NCBI RefSeq assembly: GCF_006345805.1
Contig: NC_043002.1
Span: forward strand, 56,482,001 to 56,546,000
DNA length: 64,000 nt
DNA from: Octopus sinensis
Taxonomy: Eukaryota
Reading direction: 5' to 3'
Below the pieces are notes generated by a model that was given only the letters and a program-made list of their open reading frames with translations, was not told the origin of the DNA and searched no databases. A program made the translations under genes and the position numbers. Positions 38,172 to 51,362 of the stretch are shown piece after piece (within the stretch, counting starts at the first letter, position 1; each line of letters opens with the position of its first letter).

Positions 38172-38399
38172 TTAACCCTTTCGTTGCCAACCCGGCTGAA
38201 ACCGGTTCTGGCTCTGAGTACAAATGTCTTGTTTTCCTAAGTTTTGAATTAAAATCTTCCACCAAACCTTAGAAACAATTTATGTTCCTAACACTAGCTT
38301 AATGATAACAAAGTTATTTTACTAAATTCTTTGTTATACTTTAGATTGATTGAAAGAAACACAGAGCATCTCAAAATAAATACAGAATGAAAGAGTTAA
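38172..38399 (+). mobile_element. piggyBac-like MITE (TTAA-flanked)
   Basis: ttaa|ccctttcgtt ... gaatgaaagag|ttaa; a second copy lies in opposite orientation at 51134. Confidence 0.75.
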
Positions 38400-38984
38400 G
38401 GGCCACTGGTCAAACCAAAATAATATAGTCCCCCCCCTCCTCAAAAAAAAAATGGCTCTCAGTGAGTTACAATGAGAGTTATAGTTGATTTGGTCAACTG
38501 AACATATTGCCTGTGAAATCAACGTGGTTCTCATGGAGATTCAGCATGACAGAATATAACAAGGCCGGGCCCTTTGAAATACTTAATCTGGTGGTTGTGG
38601 ACGTGGATATACTCAGAATATGGAGAAGAAAATTGGTTTGTTGAAGTGGCTGACATCTCATCATTGCAATATTTGTTTTCCTTCATTCCAGCATTATACT
38701 TCTAAAGAACAAAGCACTTTGCTGCTTCTTTACTCTAGATTAAGGAGGATTACATTATTCAATATATCTCTCCTTAAGGGAGACTTAACTGCCATTTCTA
38801 GCTGGTTGTGAGACCATGCAGAGGCTAGATCCTGGGTTTATTCTGGTTGCATTCAAAGACATGAAATTGCAAGGAAATGCCTTGAGATTAGATATTATAA
38901 ACTAGGTGTACAACTGAAACTAAGACCCAGTTACCAATGAGACCATACCATCACCACCAATAATAATAATAATAATCCTTTCTA

Positions 38985-39195
38985 CTAAAGACACAAGGCC
39001 TGAATTTTTTTTTTTTGGCAAGGGCACTAGTCAATTACATTAACCCCAAGCGTTTCACTGGTACATATCTTATTGACCCCAAAAGGATGAAAGGCAAAGT
39101 TGATCTTGGCAAAATTTGAACTCTTAAGACAGATGGAATGTCACGAACCATTTTGCCTGGCATGCTAATGATTCTGCTAGTTCGCTGCCTTACTG
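38985..39195 (-). mobile_element. SINE family B
   Basis: Contains gaccccaaaaggatgaaaggcaaagttgatc. Confidence 0.8.
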
Positions 39196-39904
39196 ATAAT
39201 AATAATGATGATTTCAATTGACCTTGAACTTACTGATCTTCGAAGAATAAGGGGTTAATTTTGTGTCAACAAGATTTTGAATTGAGAACATAAATAGCTG
39301 AAGTTAATCTGGCCATTCCCTCTATTTGCTATAATAAAGAAAGCAGCTTATTAATTTGTATGGAATAACTTTTACTAAAAGTAAGCAATTGTTAAAGTCT
39401 ACATTGTCTAGAAAATTCTTATAAATTCCAATTATAACATACTTTATCACACTTGGTTTTCAAATTTTTATTATTGAAGATTTCAACTTCATGATTCAAT
39501 TACAAAACTAATTTTTATTTACTGCGACATAGTCATCTTATACTGTGAGACAGTGTTCTTAATGTCTCTGTTTTATTTCTTCTGGAAGTATAAAGGTTGC
39601 CCAAATATTTTCAACTCTACTTTCTACAGACATATCATTAAAAACATTTTTCCAGCATCAGCTGAAGGATGTTGACTCCAGTATCCTTTCATATTTGTTG
39701 GATGCTTTTAAAGAAATAGAAAGCAGAAAAAGAAATGCTAATTGTACCAAATATAAATTTGTCTATTTGATGGAGAACAACTACACTGAATCCTTCTACC
39801 ATTCTGCATAGTTTAGTCAATCCTTAGGCATTAGAGCTATTCATTATTAAGAAGAATTTTAAGAAGCCAATACCCTCAATTGGTGAATGGCAGCAGATAT
39901 TTAC

Positions 39905-39974
39905 CTTCAAGAATGCCCTCCAGGTCATGAATAGCAGAAATTAAAACATGGAACTGTTTGCGTCTTAAGTCCAA
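39905..39974 (-). CDS. THOC7: THOC7 exon, 70 nt (LDLRRKQFHVLISAIHDLEGILE)
   Basis: ag/gt boundaries; matches the THOC7 motif LELRRKQFHVLLSTIHELQQTLE; phase 0 to 1. Confidence 0.95.
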
Positions 39975-40529
39975 CTGAAAGCAGATAAAAGTAAAAAGTG
40001 AAATGTAATAAAGAAAATAAATCATGAAGAGTCGTTATCTTCTTTCCTTTTAAATGGTTCTTGAGTTGAGTATCATCTCTGTTGAGATTACATCAATGTT
40101 GTTTGCTGCTGTCTCCTCTATGCACAGAGGATGACAACTTGGATTCAACACTGAAACTTAATTAACATATGTTAATTCTTTTCTACTCTAGGCACAAGGC
40201 CTGAAATTTTGGGTGGTGGTGGGAGGCAGTAGATTAGATTGACCCCAGTACACAATTGTTACTTAATTTATCGACCCCGAAAAGATGAAAGGCAAAGCTG
40301 ACCTCGGCAGAATTAACATATGTTAATTCTACAATGTCTTGGCCACAAAGATTGCAAGAATACAACTATTGACAACTCTGCTGATTTTTGTATCTGTTTT
40401 ATTAACTACACAAGGTCTAATAAAAAAAAAGTATTGGAATTGTTACTATGGTAACAGAGCTCAAATAAGCAGTGAGGGCACTTGGCACAGATGGATCTTA
40501 GACTCTGTTGTGCATGCACACTAAGTTAT

Positions 40530-40932
40530 ATTGTTCTCACTCACTTTTATTGTTTGTAGCAGTACTTAGCAGTAAAGTGTGTAGAGTGTGGTCATCTCAA
40601 AAAGAAGATGGAAACTCTTTGAAAATGGTCATAGCAGGTGATGAATTGTGGGTCTATGGCTAGGATCCTGAAAGCAAGGCTCAGTCTTTGCAGTAGAAGA
40701 CCCTAACTAGATTTTAAGACATCAAGGGAACACAAGGGAATGTGATAAGGCAGCTGCTCACTATCCCTTAAAAGGAGTTCCAAGAATGCTTCCATCAATG
40801 GAAATGATCACTGGATAAAATGTGTGGCTTCAGAAGGGGTCTACTTTGAAGGAGATTAAATGTCAAATTGCTATGCATTTTAGCTTTCTTTTTATAACTC
40901 CAGTCCTGATACTTTTCGATCAGGCCCTGTAT
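40530..40932 (+). mobile_element. Internally deleted mariner (DD34D-type) relic
   Basis: VIAGDELWVYG*DPESKAQS (GDETW motif) and C-terminal FQECFHQW..KCVASEGVYFEGD*. Confidence 0.75.
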
Positions 40933-41642
40933 AATAAATCTCCTGTGTACAGGTGATTCATTATTCATTAAGACTAATAGAGCATTCCAGCTGAAAGGGA
41001 ACCAAGCTTGAAAAATGGAGCCTTTCAGATTGCCTGAAAACTTTTCTAACAGAAATCGTCCTTGTATGTGGATTTCAATCTTGGGTCTTAATAATTAATT
41101 CTAGATTTAAGTATTTTCAATGTCTGAAGTTTGGTAGTACAGTACATGTATGCATCAACATTTGGAATGTTATTCTCTGAAATATCTGAACCTTACATTT
41201 TGAAATTATTTTTCTCACTTTTCGAACTCCTTCTCCTGGAAAACAAATTTAACATCCAGAATCTTTCCCTATTATTTGATTGTAATGTGTTCTTGGAGTA
41301 GATTGCAGGAATGACGTTTCAAAAGTAGAAAATGTCTCAATCTTGAGACATTAGAGGTTAAATATGGTGCCAAATTTAGTGAAATCTTCCAATTCAGCTC
41401 AGGCCCCTAATTTGAATGCCCATAAAATCAGAATTGTACATAGTTGTAGAATTTACAAATCAAAGTGTTTTGTGTCATAAAAGATCCAACCAATATATTT
41501 TTCTTTTTCTTTTTGCATACTAAATAGAACTGAAGAAGATAATTTACAGAATTAAAATGTAATTTTATAGATTACACACTGGTTTGCAACATGGAATCAA
41601 AATGGTAAATAACTTACTAATGGAAAAGATAGCTTTACTTAC

Positions 41643-41709
41643 TTTCTCTTGTATTTGATTCTTGTGATTTTTCAATTTCACCAGCTCTTTATCCAGCTCT
41701 TGTAGCTGT
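41643..41709 (-). CDS. THOC7: THOC7 exon, 67 nt ((K)QLQELDKELVKLKNHKNQIQEK)
   Basis: ttttacag| acceptor and |gtaagt donor; phase 2 to 0; aligns to KELEALGKELEHLSHIKESVEDK. Confidence 0.93.
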
Positions 41710-41759
41710 CTGTAAAATAAAAAATTATATATCATCATTACATACATATATATATATAT

Positions 41760-42955
41760 CATCATCATCATTGTTTAACGTCCACTTTCCATGCTAGCAT
41801 GGGTTGGACGATTTTGACTGAGGGCTGGCGAACCAGATGGCAGCACCAGGCTCCAAGTGGGCGCTTTCTACATGCCACCGGCACAGGGGCCAGTAAGGTG
41901 GTACTGGCAATGACCTTGCTCGAATCTTTTTACACATGCCACTGGCACAGGTACCAGTAAGGCGATGTTGGTAACAATCATGCTCAAATGGTGCCCTTTT
42001 ACGTGCCACTGGTACGGAAGCCAGTTGGCTGCTTTGGCAATGATCACGCTATGATAGTGCTCTTGGCACCCTACAAGCACAGGTACAAGTGCCAGTAAGG
42101 TGACTCTGGTAACAATCACACTCAAATGGCACCCTTTTATGTGCCACTGGCACGGAAGCCGGTTAGCCACTCTGTCAAACGATCACACTCGTATGGTGCT
42201 CTTTGCACCCCGCTAGCACGGATGCCAGTCGAATTTGATTTTGATTTCACTTGCCTCAACAGGTCTTCGCAAGCAGAGTTTAGTGATCAAAGAAGGAAAA
42301 GGTATGCATAAACGGGCTGGTTACGCTCCTGGCATAGGCCACAGGTTATGGTCTCATTTGGCTTGCTGGGTCTTCTCAAGCACAGCATATTTCCAAAAGT
42401 CTCTGTCATTAGTCATTTCCTTGGTGAGGCCTAATGTTCAAAGGTCATGCTTCATCATCCCAGGTATACCTCTTCCACAGGTTCCCTCAACCGCTAGGGT
42501 GTGGCACTTTTTCACACAGTTATTCTCATCCATTCTTGCCACATGACCATACCAGCGCAGTCGTCTCTCTTGCACACCACATCTAATGCTTCTTAGGTCC
42601 AACTTTTCTCTCAAGGTACTTACACTCTGTCGAGTATGCACACTGACATTACACATCCATTGGATCATAATGGCTTCATTCCTTGTGAGCTTATGCATGT
42701 CCTCAGCAGTCACAGCCCATGTTTCACTGCCATGTAGCATGGCTGTTCATACACAAACATCATACAGTAACCTTTTACTTTGAGTGAGAGGCCCTTTGTC
42801 ACCAGCAGAGGTAAGAGCTCTCTGAGCTTTGCCCAATCTATTCTTATTCTAGCAGCTACACTTTCAGCGCACCCTCCTCCGCTACTGACTTGGTCAACTA
42901 AGTAACGGAAGCTATCAACTACTTCTAGTTTTTCTCCCTGGAATGTGGCGGAAGT
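41760..42955 (-). mobile_element. RTE LINE, 5'-truncated 3' portion
   Basis: VDSFRYL..RELLPLLVTKG..HGSETWAV..RLRWYGHVARM followed by the 3' UTR and (CAT)n. Confidence 0.92.
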
Positions 42956-43547
42956 TGGTCTCTCTCTATATATATATGTATAGATACTGTTGTATCTTGA
43001 GAGGGTCATTATACTAATAATAAATACATGCACTGGTTCTATTTCACTTCTTTATTTGTCAATTGGTTAACCATTTAACCAATTAATTAATCATGTGTTT
43101 GATTAATTGTTCAATCAATCATTCAATCAGTTAGATTGCCAAAGTCCTTTTCTTGTCATCTGCAACCTCATCAATGACTGTGTGGTCCAGAAGTTTGATT
43201 ACCAATCATGTGGTTTGGGGTTCAGTTCCACTGCATACCACCTTGGGCAAGTGTCTTCTATTTTAATCCAGAGTCAACCAAAGTCTTCTGTAGACAGAAA
43301 CTGAAGAATCTATGTATGTTTGTATTTATTAAGTATGTGTATTTATAATGCATGTGTGCTGGCACCACGTAAAAAGCACCCATGTTGGCATCACCTAAAG
43401 GGCATCCAGTACACCCTGTAAAGTGGTTGGCATTAGGAAGATCATTCAGCTGTAAAAACAGACAATTGGAGCCTAGTGTAGATCTTTGGCTTTACAGCAT
43501 GGAAAATGGACAAAATATTAATGATGATGATAATGTGTATGTATGAA

Positions 43548-43583
<36 letters not shown>

Positions 43584-43683
43584 AGTTCATATCACTTTGG
43601 GTTGACATCAAGCATTAATTGTAAACATTAGCAAATTACTATTTGTAAATCTTACTATGAGAGATATTCAGCAACAGTACTTT

Positions 43684-43996
43684 GGAGTAAAGATTGTTTG
43701 CCAACATAACATGGCAGTCCTAGTTTAGGACGAATGTTACTGTAATTTAGCCCCAGGAGACATCGTCTCTAGCTGGCTATATGACACGATCTATGTCCTT
43801 ATATTTTTGAACAAGGAACCCCCACTCAGATATTGTTTTGAGCTGAGCGGGGGTGCTAGATTCCCTTGTTTGAAAATATAAGGACACAGATCATGTCGTA
43901 TAGCCAGCTGGAGATGAGGTCTCCTGGGGCTAAATTACAGCAACATTCGTCCTAAACCAGGACTGCCATGTTATGTTGGCAAATAATCTTTACTTC
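43684..43996. mobile_element. Foldback MITE, ~135-bp TIRs
   Basis: ccaacataacatggcagtcct...ccccaggaga versus tctcctgggg...aggactgccatgttatgttgg. Confidence 0.88.
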
Positions 43997-45489
43997 AATT
44001 GTAAACATGTGTGATACTTTGTGATGTTTGTGTGTGAGGCATTATTACTTTATAATAAGTGAAGGTTGGCAGCAGGAAAAGCATCCAGTCATAGAATATC
44101 AAATCAGCTTCAACAAATGTTGTCTGACCCATGCAAGCCAGGAAAAGTGAATGCTAAAGCAATGATCTTAGAAGAGGATTTTATGAAAGCATATTGCCAG
44201 GATGCTGGTAAATGTAATGTAGGTGAGCCACTTTTTAGTCCAGTAGAGGGGGAGTGATGAGGGTAACAGTAAGACAGAGAGAGGTGTCATGACCTGTTTC
44301 TTCATGCAAACACACATACATGCAAGAGTAAGATGGTTAAATATATAAAAAAAAGTCATGGGCAACTGATGGCCTGTGGGACTTCCTGAAAGGTATCTCC
44401 ATATGAATAATTCCTTGAAATTTTTTAGTAGTTCAGCCTGCCTGATGTTAAACCATGTCTCAGGTGTCACACTTCTTAAAAAAAAGTTGCTCATATACTT
44501 ATAGTATTGATATTAGGTCCAAGAGATGATGTGTCTTTATACGTGTAACTATTAGGTGCAAGAGATGAGGTTTTAATTGCAGTTGAGTTATCCCCCTTAT
44601 CTAAATCTCCCTAGCTACAAACTCTAGCTTGTATGGTTTAATAGCCAGGAGAGGGATGCAATTTGCCAGACAGACTTGCTCTTAGTATATATTAAGATAA
44701 ATCTTTTGATGGTGACACACCAAACACAAAAAGATTACAGGGATCATTTGGTAGTGAACAGACATCAGGTGGCTATTTTGTATTTCATCAACAGCAGTGC
44801 AATGTCTCTGAATGAGTCTAACTAGATGGGAAAAATATGTACAACAGATGAACGAGTTTCAGTATACTGTTACTTAGAAGCATAGACCAGCATCACCACA
44901 AGTGTTGTCTAGATCCAAATCCTTCTGCAGCTATTTAAGAGGAGATAGCTTAACACTAAACGAACAAAATAAAAATTACTTGCCTTATGAGTGGATTTGC
45001 TAGACGGAAACTGAAAGAAGCCTGTCGTATATATATGTGTGTGTGTGTATGTGTTTGTGTTGACAACTGATGTTGGTGTGTTTATGTTCCCGTGACTTAG
45101 CAGTTCAGCAAAAGATACCAATAGGATAAGTACTAGGCTAACAAAAAGAATAAGTCCTGATTTGTTCGACTAAAGGTGGTGCTCCAGTATGGCTGCAGTC
45201 AAAACGACTGAAATAAATAAAAGAATAATGCCATAATTCTGTACAAGATCTGAGGTCATATGTACAGTGAAGAGTCATACTTCCCTGTGAATGGATTTGG
45301 TAGAGAAACTGCAAAAAGTCTGTTGGATGTGTGTGTGTGAAAATTCAGAAGAAAATTGAAATTTTAAAAGTTATAGGAAAATTCACCTAAAGAATCTGAA
45401 AATGCAACCAGCTAAGGGATTTGAACATGGAAACGGTGTCACTTTTACAGGTGAAGCAACAGGACTCTACATGCATACATGCAACTCTT

Positions 45490-45830
45490 TCACTCTTTTA
45501 TTCGTTTCAGTCATTTGACCGTGGCCATGCTGGAGCACTGTATTTAGTCGAACAAACCGACCCTTGTACTTATTCTATCAGTTTCTTTTGCCAAACCACT
45601 AAGTTACAGGGACGTAAACACACTAGCATTGGTTGTCAAATGATGGTGGTGGTGGTGGTGGTGGGAGAGACAAAAACAGACACACAAACACACACACATA
45701 TATACAACGAGCTTCTTTCAGTTTCCATCTACCAGATCCCCTCACAAAGCTTTGGTTGGCCCAAGGCTATGGTAGAAGACACTTGCCCTAAGGTGCCATG
45801 CAGTGGGACTGAACCAGGAACCATTGTATA
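45490..45830 (-). mobile_element. SINE family A (head missing)
   Basis: Tail and core in reverse complement. Confidence 0.75.
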
Positions 45831-47162
45831 TAATTTCATCATCATTTTAACCACCACTTTTCTATGGCTGGGATGTCACCAACCATCAGCCAGTCCCAAG
45901 TAAGATAACGTTTCCCTGCAACAGATTGGAAACAAAAGACACTGTCTCTCATGTTACAACTACCACATAATGTCAAGACACACACACACACGACTAATGG
46001 GCTACTTCCAGCTTCTTTTTACGAATCCACTGATAAGGCTTTGGTCGACCCGAGGTTATAGCAGAAGACATTTGCCCAAGGTGCCATACAGTGGGACTGA
46101 ACCCAGAACCACATGGCTGTGATGTGAAGTTCACAACCATACAATCATAAATATAATTATGTAATAACAACAACAACAAGTACATGGATCAAATAGGGGC
46201 TGCAATAAGGGTAGAGCACTTGCAGAAAACAGCATTGCTTGGAACCGCTTGAATACTCTGGAAGGTGCTCGAAAAATAAGAGGTGTTACTTTAGTTCACT
46301 GGTAGTGAACAGCTGACACTGTAGTACATCTCCAGTGTTAGAAGCTGTGCAAAGGCAATAATAATAACAATAACAATAATAACACACACACGATAGCTGT
46401 CACTGTGTTGGTTGACGTATGTGAATGGTTAACTTCATCATTCATCAATTTGGTGTTGATAGAATAACTGGCACGATAATGATGGTTCCAGTTGATCCGA
46501 TCAACAGAACAGCCTGCTCATGAAATTAATGGGCAAGTGGCTGAGCACTCCACAGACATGCATATCCTTAACATAGTTCTCAGGAAGATTCAGCATGACA
46601 AAGGAATACAGGTTCAACTTATTTTTGCCAGCTGAATGAACTGGAATATGGTAAAATAAAGTGTCTTGCTCAAGGACAAAATGTGCAGTCAGGAATCAAA
46701 CTCACAACCTTATGATTGTGAGCTGAATACTCTAACCGCTGGGGTACACACCTTCATGTATTTAATGATACACACACACACAAATGTATATCTGCAATAA
46801 TAAATGTATGTTGCTTTGGCTTTCTAAAAATCAACATATTTTCAATTAATTTTTACTGATTCATAGAAACACTTTCTAACCTTCATACCGTTAATGGCAA
46901 TTTTCCAACAATGTTTTTTTCTTTGTGTATTTTTTCTTGCCTTTTACCAAAAGACATTGATTTCTGAAAGCCTTTCCATTACTTTATTTAAAAAGGTAAC
47001 GATTGGTTTAAAAACAGCAAAGTCCTTCACTAAAACAATTTATGGTGTTTTCTGTACTTTTAGATGCCTTCACTATCAATAAACAAAGAATCAGTAATGT
47101 ATTATGGTTGCCTCAATGAAAATATATTAAGACCTTCTATATTTAAGAGATGAGGAATTATG

Positions 47163-47428
47163 TACATTATTTTCATTTGATGGATATTTGACTTCATCTT
47201 GTTTGTTGTTAACACGTTTCGGTTGATATACCCTCCAGCCTTTATTAGGTGTCTTGGGGAAATTTCGAACCTGGGTTCTCATTCTTAAGGTATTTTTTGA
47301 TATTATTGTTATTATTATTATTATTATTATTAAGGTCCCTGCCTGGAATCAAACTCGGAATATTGGGGTTAGTAGCCCGCGTTCTTCCCCACTATGCCAT
47401 ATGCCCATGGGCATATGGCAGTGACCTC

Positions 47429-47487
<59 letters not shown>

Positions 47488-47654
47488 TAATAATAATAAC
47501 AACAACAACAACATTGAAAAATACCCTAGGAATGAGAACCCAGGTTCGAAATTTCCCCAAGACACCTGATGAAGGCTGGAGGGTATATCAGCCGAAATGT
47601 TGTGTTAACAACAAACAAGATGAGGACAAATATCCGTCAAATGTAAATAATGTA
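47163..47654. mobile_element. Palindromic (head-to-head) tRNA-headed element with Penelope-like hammerhead ends
   Basis: Inverted outer arms of ~130 bp; perfect 26-bp central palindrome at 47395-47420; A-box 47389-47399 and B-box 47345-47356 on the minus strand; (AAT)n spacers. Confidence 0.85.
47561..47606 (+). ncRNA. Minimal type I hammerhead ribozyme motif
   Basis: gacac (I) CUGAUGA a ggcug (II) 10-nt loop cagcc (II') GAAA ug U U^ guguu (I'). Helix III has no loop. Activity untested. Confidence 0.6.
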
Positions 47655-47669
47655 TATTAAGCCCTTTTC

Positions 47670-48040
47670 AGAAACTGGCCTTGTGCCCAGCAAAATTAAA
47701 ATAATTTTCTTTTTTATTTTGCAAGTACTTGGTGACCCTGTCAGTGCAGGTGCCACTTAAAGGCACCCAGTCCACTGTAAAGTTGCTGGTGTTTGAAAAG
47801 GCACCCAGCTGTAAAAACCTTGCCAAAACTGACCTCGCCTGTGCTTGTGCCACGTAAAAAGCACTGAGTCAACTCTGCTGAGTGGTTGGTGTTAGGAAGG
47901 GCATCCAGCTGTAAACATCCTTCCAGAACAGTCATAGAAGTCTGGTGCAGGCTTCTGCCTGGCTGGCTCTTGTGAAACTGTCCCACTCATGCTAGCATGA
48001 AAGGCAGGCATTAAACGATGATGATGATGATAATGATGTA
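47670..48040 (+). mobile_element. RTE 3' tail
   Basis: Hairpin units plus cccactcatgctagcatg..ttaaac(gat)n. Confidence 0.75.
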
Positions 48041-48639
48041 TGACAATACAAATCAAATTAAATTTTTAAACATCATCATAAATATATTGTACAGCCATTG
48101 GTGCAGATATGGCAGGGTGGTTAAGGAAGTTCACACCCTAACCACATGGTTTTGGGTTCAGTCCCACAAAGCCTTCTGAGTGGGTTTGGAAGACAAACAC
48201 ACACACACGATTATTGATGCCAAAATGACCTAGATCAGTGCCACACCAAAAGCACTCTGCTGCTGCTACATAAAAAGGTACCCAATACACTTTAAGTGGT
48301 TGGCATTAGTAAGGGCATCAAGCTGTCCAACCCATGCCAGCAAGGAAAACAAATGTTAAAAAATGATGATTACACATATATATATAGTTACTTTTATGCA
48401 AAAGTGTTTAAGTCTCAAAGCATTGTTTTTTCAGAAAGCGAAAAAATAGTTTCACCATTCCATAGCAAAACTGTAGTACTACATTGTCACAATTTTTGAT
48501 ATTTTGGCATCAGAAGTGGCTGGAGAGAGAGGATAGTTTGACCAAAAGAACTGGCTATTGCAAGGAAAAATAAATATTGAAAAAAAAATGCATTTGGCCA
48601 AATTTGGACATACAGCAGTTCAACATAATAGCAACTATG

Positions 48640-48671
<32 letters not shown>

Positions 48672-49779
48672 AACGCTTAGCTGGGAAAACTGATATCCTT
48701 TCATTTCAGGTTGAATAGCTCAAGCCAGATCATATAAACGTAATGGCCAATCAAGTAACTGTCATTTTGGTATTTACTTTTGTGTGTGTGTGTGTGTGTG
48801 CATGAGAGACAGAGAGAGAAAGAGTGAGAGAGTGTGTGCTTTAATGTTTGCATGGGTCTGAGGGAACTCAGTCGGGCAAATTTTCTACGGCAAGATGCCC
48901 TTTGTGTCACCAACCCGTACCTGCTTCCAAGCAAACTAATATTTCGCCACAGCCAGACATGTCTCTCATGGAAGGATGTAAAAGAATGACACTGCTTGGA
49001 TGACAGTGTCTCATGTGAAAGCAAGGCAAGAACACACACAGAATGAAAAATGAAGAGCCACCAATATCCAGGCTGTAAGATAATTTAAGAATTAAGATAC
49101 TCCAAAGTATTGGTCAGACTGACATGACAAGTTTCTTTCTGTTTCTCACAAGGCTTTGTTTGCCGCAAGGCTATATAGTAGAAGACATTCGCATGAGTTA
49201 CCATGCAGTGGGACCGAACCCAGAACCATGTGGTTAGGCGGCAAACTTCTTAACCATTCAACCACACTTGTGTTGAGATTTGAATGTTGGGAAGCAAGCT
49301 CTGCCAATGAAAAATATCCGTAATTGAGGAAGGATGAAGAAGGAATAGAAGGAAGAGACTGCATGTGAGAAAAATCGTAACTGAAGAGAGAAGAACTAAA
49401 ATTAGATTGAGACAAGTTGTCACATGATGTACAGCAGCTCTATCAAACCCATATCAGAAGGGAAAAGCAGATGTTCCAATAACGGTGAAAAAGGTGATAT
49501 TCTTCAATATTTTGCGAATCTAGGAAAAAAATACTGCCATAGCAAATTATGTAGTTACTTCATTATCTGTTTTAATTACTGCTAAAATCAAAGTATTTTA
49601 CAATATCAACATGACCTGTTCACTTAGCATTATATCCGCAGTAACTAATTAAAGCACAGCACAGAAGAATAAATAATAAATGGTGTGTATACTCAATATG
49701 TGGCAATGTATCAAGCTTGGTTCTAACGAAATAAAGACATTGTTTCAGACGACATCAGGTTAAATCTCTTCTGTTAAAA

Positions 49780-49935
49780 ATATGCATGGCTGCTTGGTAA
49801 GCAGTTTGCTTCCCAATCACATGGTTCTTGGTTCAGTCCCAATGCGCGGTATCTTGGGCAAGTGCCTTCTACTATAGCCCTGAGCTGACTAAAACCTTGT
49901 GAGCGAATTTAGTAGATAGAAACTGAAATAGCCCA

Positions 49936-49980
<45 letters not shown>

Positions 49981-50335
49981 TAAATAGTGCCAGACAGTAG
50001 TATTGCTTCTTAGTAAAACAAAGCATCATCAGGTTAAAGTATAAATATAGGATAGTGGTACTTATTCTATCGGTCTCTTTTGCCAAAGTGCTAAGTTACA
50101 GGAATGTAAACACACCAGCATCGGTTGTCAAGCGATGGTGGGGATACACACAAACATAGATACATATATATGACGGGCTTCTTTCAGTTTCCATCTACCA
50201 AATCCACTCAAAAGGCTTTGGTTGGTCCAAGGCTATAGTAGAAGACGCTTTGCCAAAGGTGCCATGCAGTGGGACTGAACTTGGAACCATGTGGTTGGTA
50301 AGCAAGCTACTTACCACACAGCCACTCCTGCGTCT
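49780..50335. mobile_element. Two SINE family A copies in opposite orientation (+ 49780-49950, - 50045-50335)
   Basis: Head, core and gtgagtggatttggtagat segments appear on both strands. Confidence 0.8.
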
Positions 50336-50945
50336 ACATTGTAAATTTCATATTGCAGAGTAACTTTTCCTGTTCTCTTACCTCTTCTATTTGTTTCCCT
50401 TGCAAAGGGCATAACCTGAAATGTCAGGTTCTCTTCTGATTCCTTCAATGGTAGTTTTCATTGTACAGATTCTTCTAGTGTTGTTTTCTTTCATTTTACC
50501 AGCCAAAGGCTTTGCTTGTCAATCTCCTCTTCACATCATAATGCTTACTAGTTTTACTTGTGTCATCTTTGTCTGTCTGTGTGTCTATGTGTTGTGTGTG
50601 TGGGGGTTTCTATTGATCTATTTATTAATCTATCTATCAATCTATTTATGTATTAATCTCACTCTCTCCCTATACTATGTAATCTCAAGTTTTAAAGCAA
50701 ACACAATTTTCTTATGGTTTCTTAAACATTCTCTAGAACAATACTATGTACAAAACCAAATATATGGCACCCTAGGCATAACACCAACATGAACTTCCAA
50801 CTTGTTGTCTCTTGAGGTTTCTGGGTGAGACTTGGAGCCAACTTGTACAAATGTAAAGCAAAAGTCAAACATAAAATAATAATAATAATAATAATAATGA
50901 TGAAGAAAAAATGCAAGACAATAGTAAATCAAAAGCCTTTCTTAC

Positions 50946-51003
50946 TTGGTAGTTTCAAGCCTGTCTGGATGTCTTTGGATCACTTTGGCCAATGCATCAT
51001 ATT
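50946..51003 (-). CDS. THOC7: THOC7 exon, 58 nt ((E)YDALAKVIQRHPDRLETT(K))
   Basis: ttgtttcag| acceptor and |gtaag donor; matches EYDALAKVIQHHPDRHETLK; phase 1 to 2. Confidence 0.96.
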
Positions 51004-51133
51004 CTGAAACAAAGCAGAAAACCTTATTGATAGTAATTAGAAAATGACCAACTATTGTAAATGAAGGCCCATTCTTACCATACTCGCACAAAGTACAACA
51101 GTTTAATCATCATTTTATTCAATCCCTCATAAA

Positions 51134-51362
51134 TTAACCCTTTTGTTTCTGTACTTATTTTGAGATGCTCTGGATTTCTTTCAATTAATTTTAAATATAA
51201 CAAAGAATTTAGTAAAATAACTTAGTTATCATGAAGCTAGTGTTAGGAACATAAATTGTGACTAAGGTTTGGTGAAAGATTTTAATTCAAAACTTATGAA
51301 AACAAGACATTTGTACTACAGAGCCAGAGCCATTTTCAGCTGGGTTGGTAATGAAAGGGTTA
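51134..51362 (-). mobile_element. piggyBac-like MITE, second copy
   Basis: Reverse complement of 38172-38399. Confidence 0.75.
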
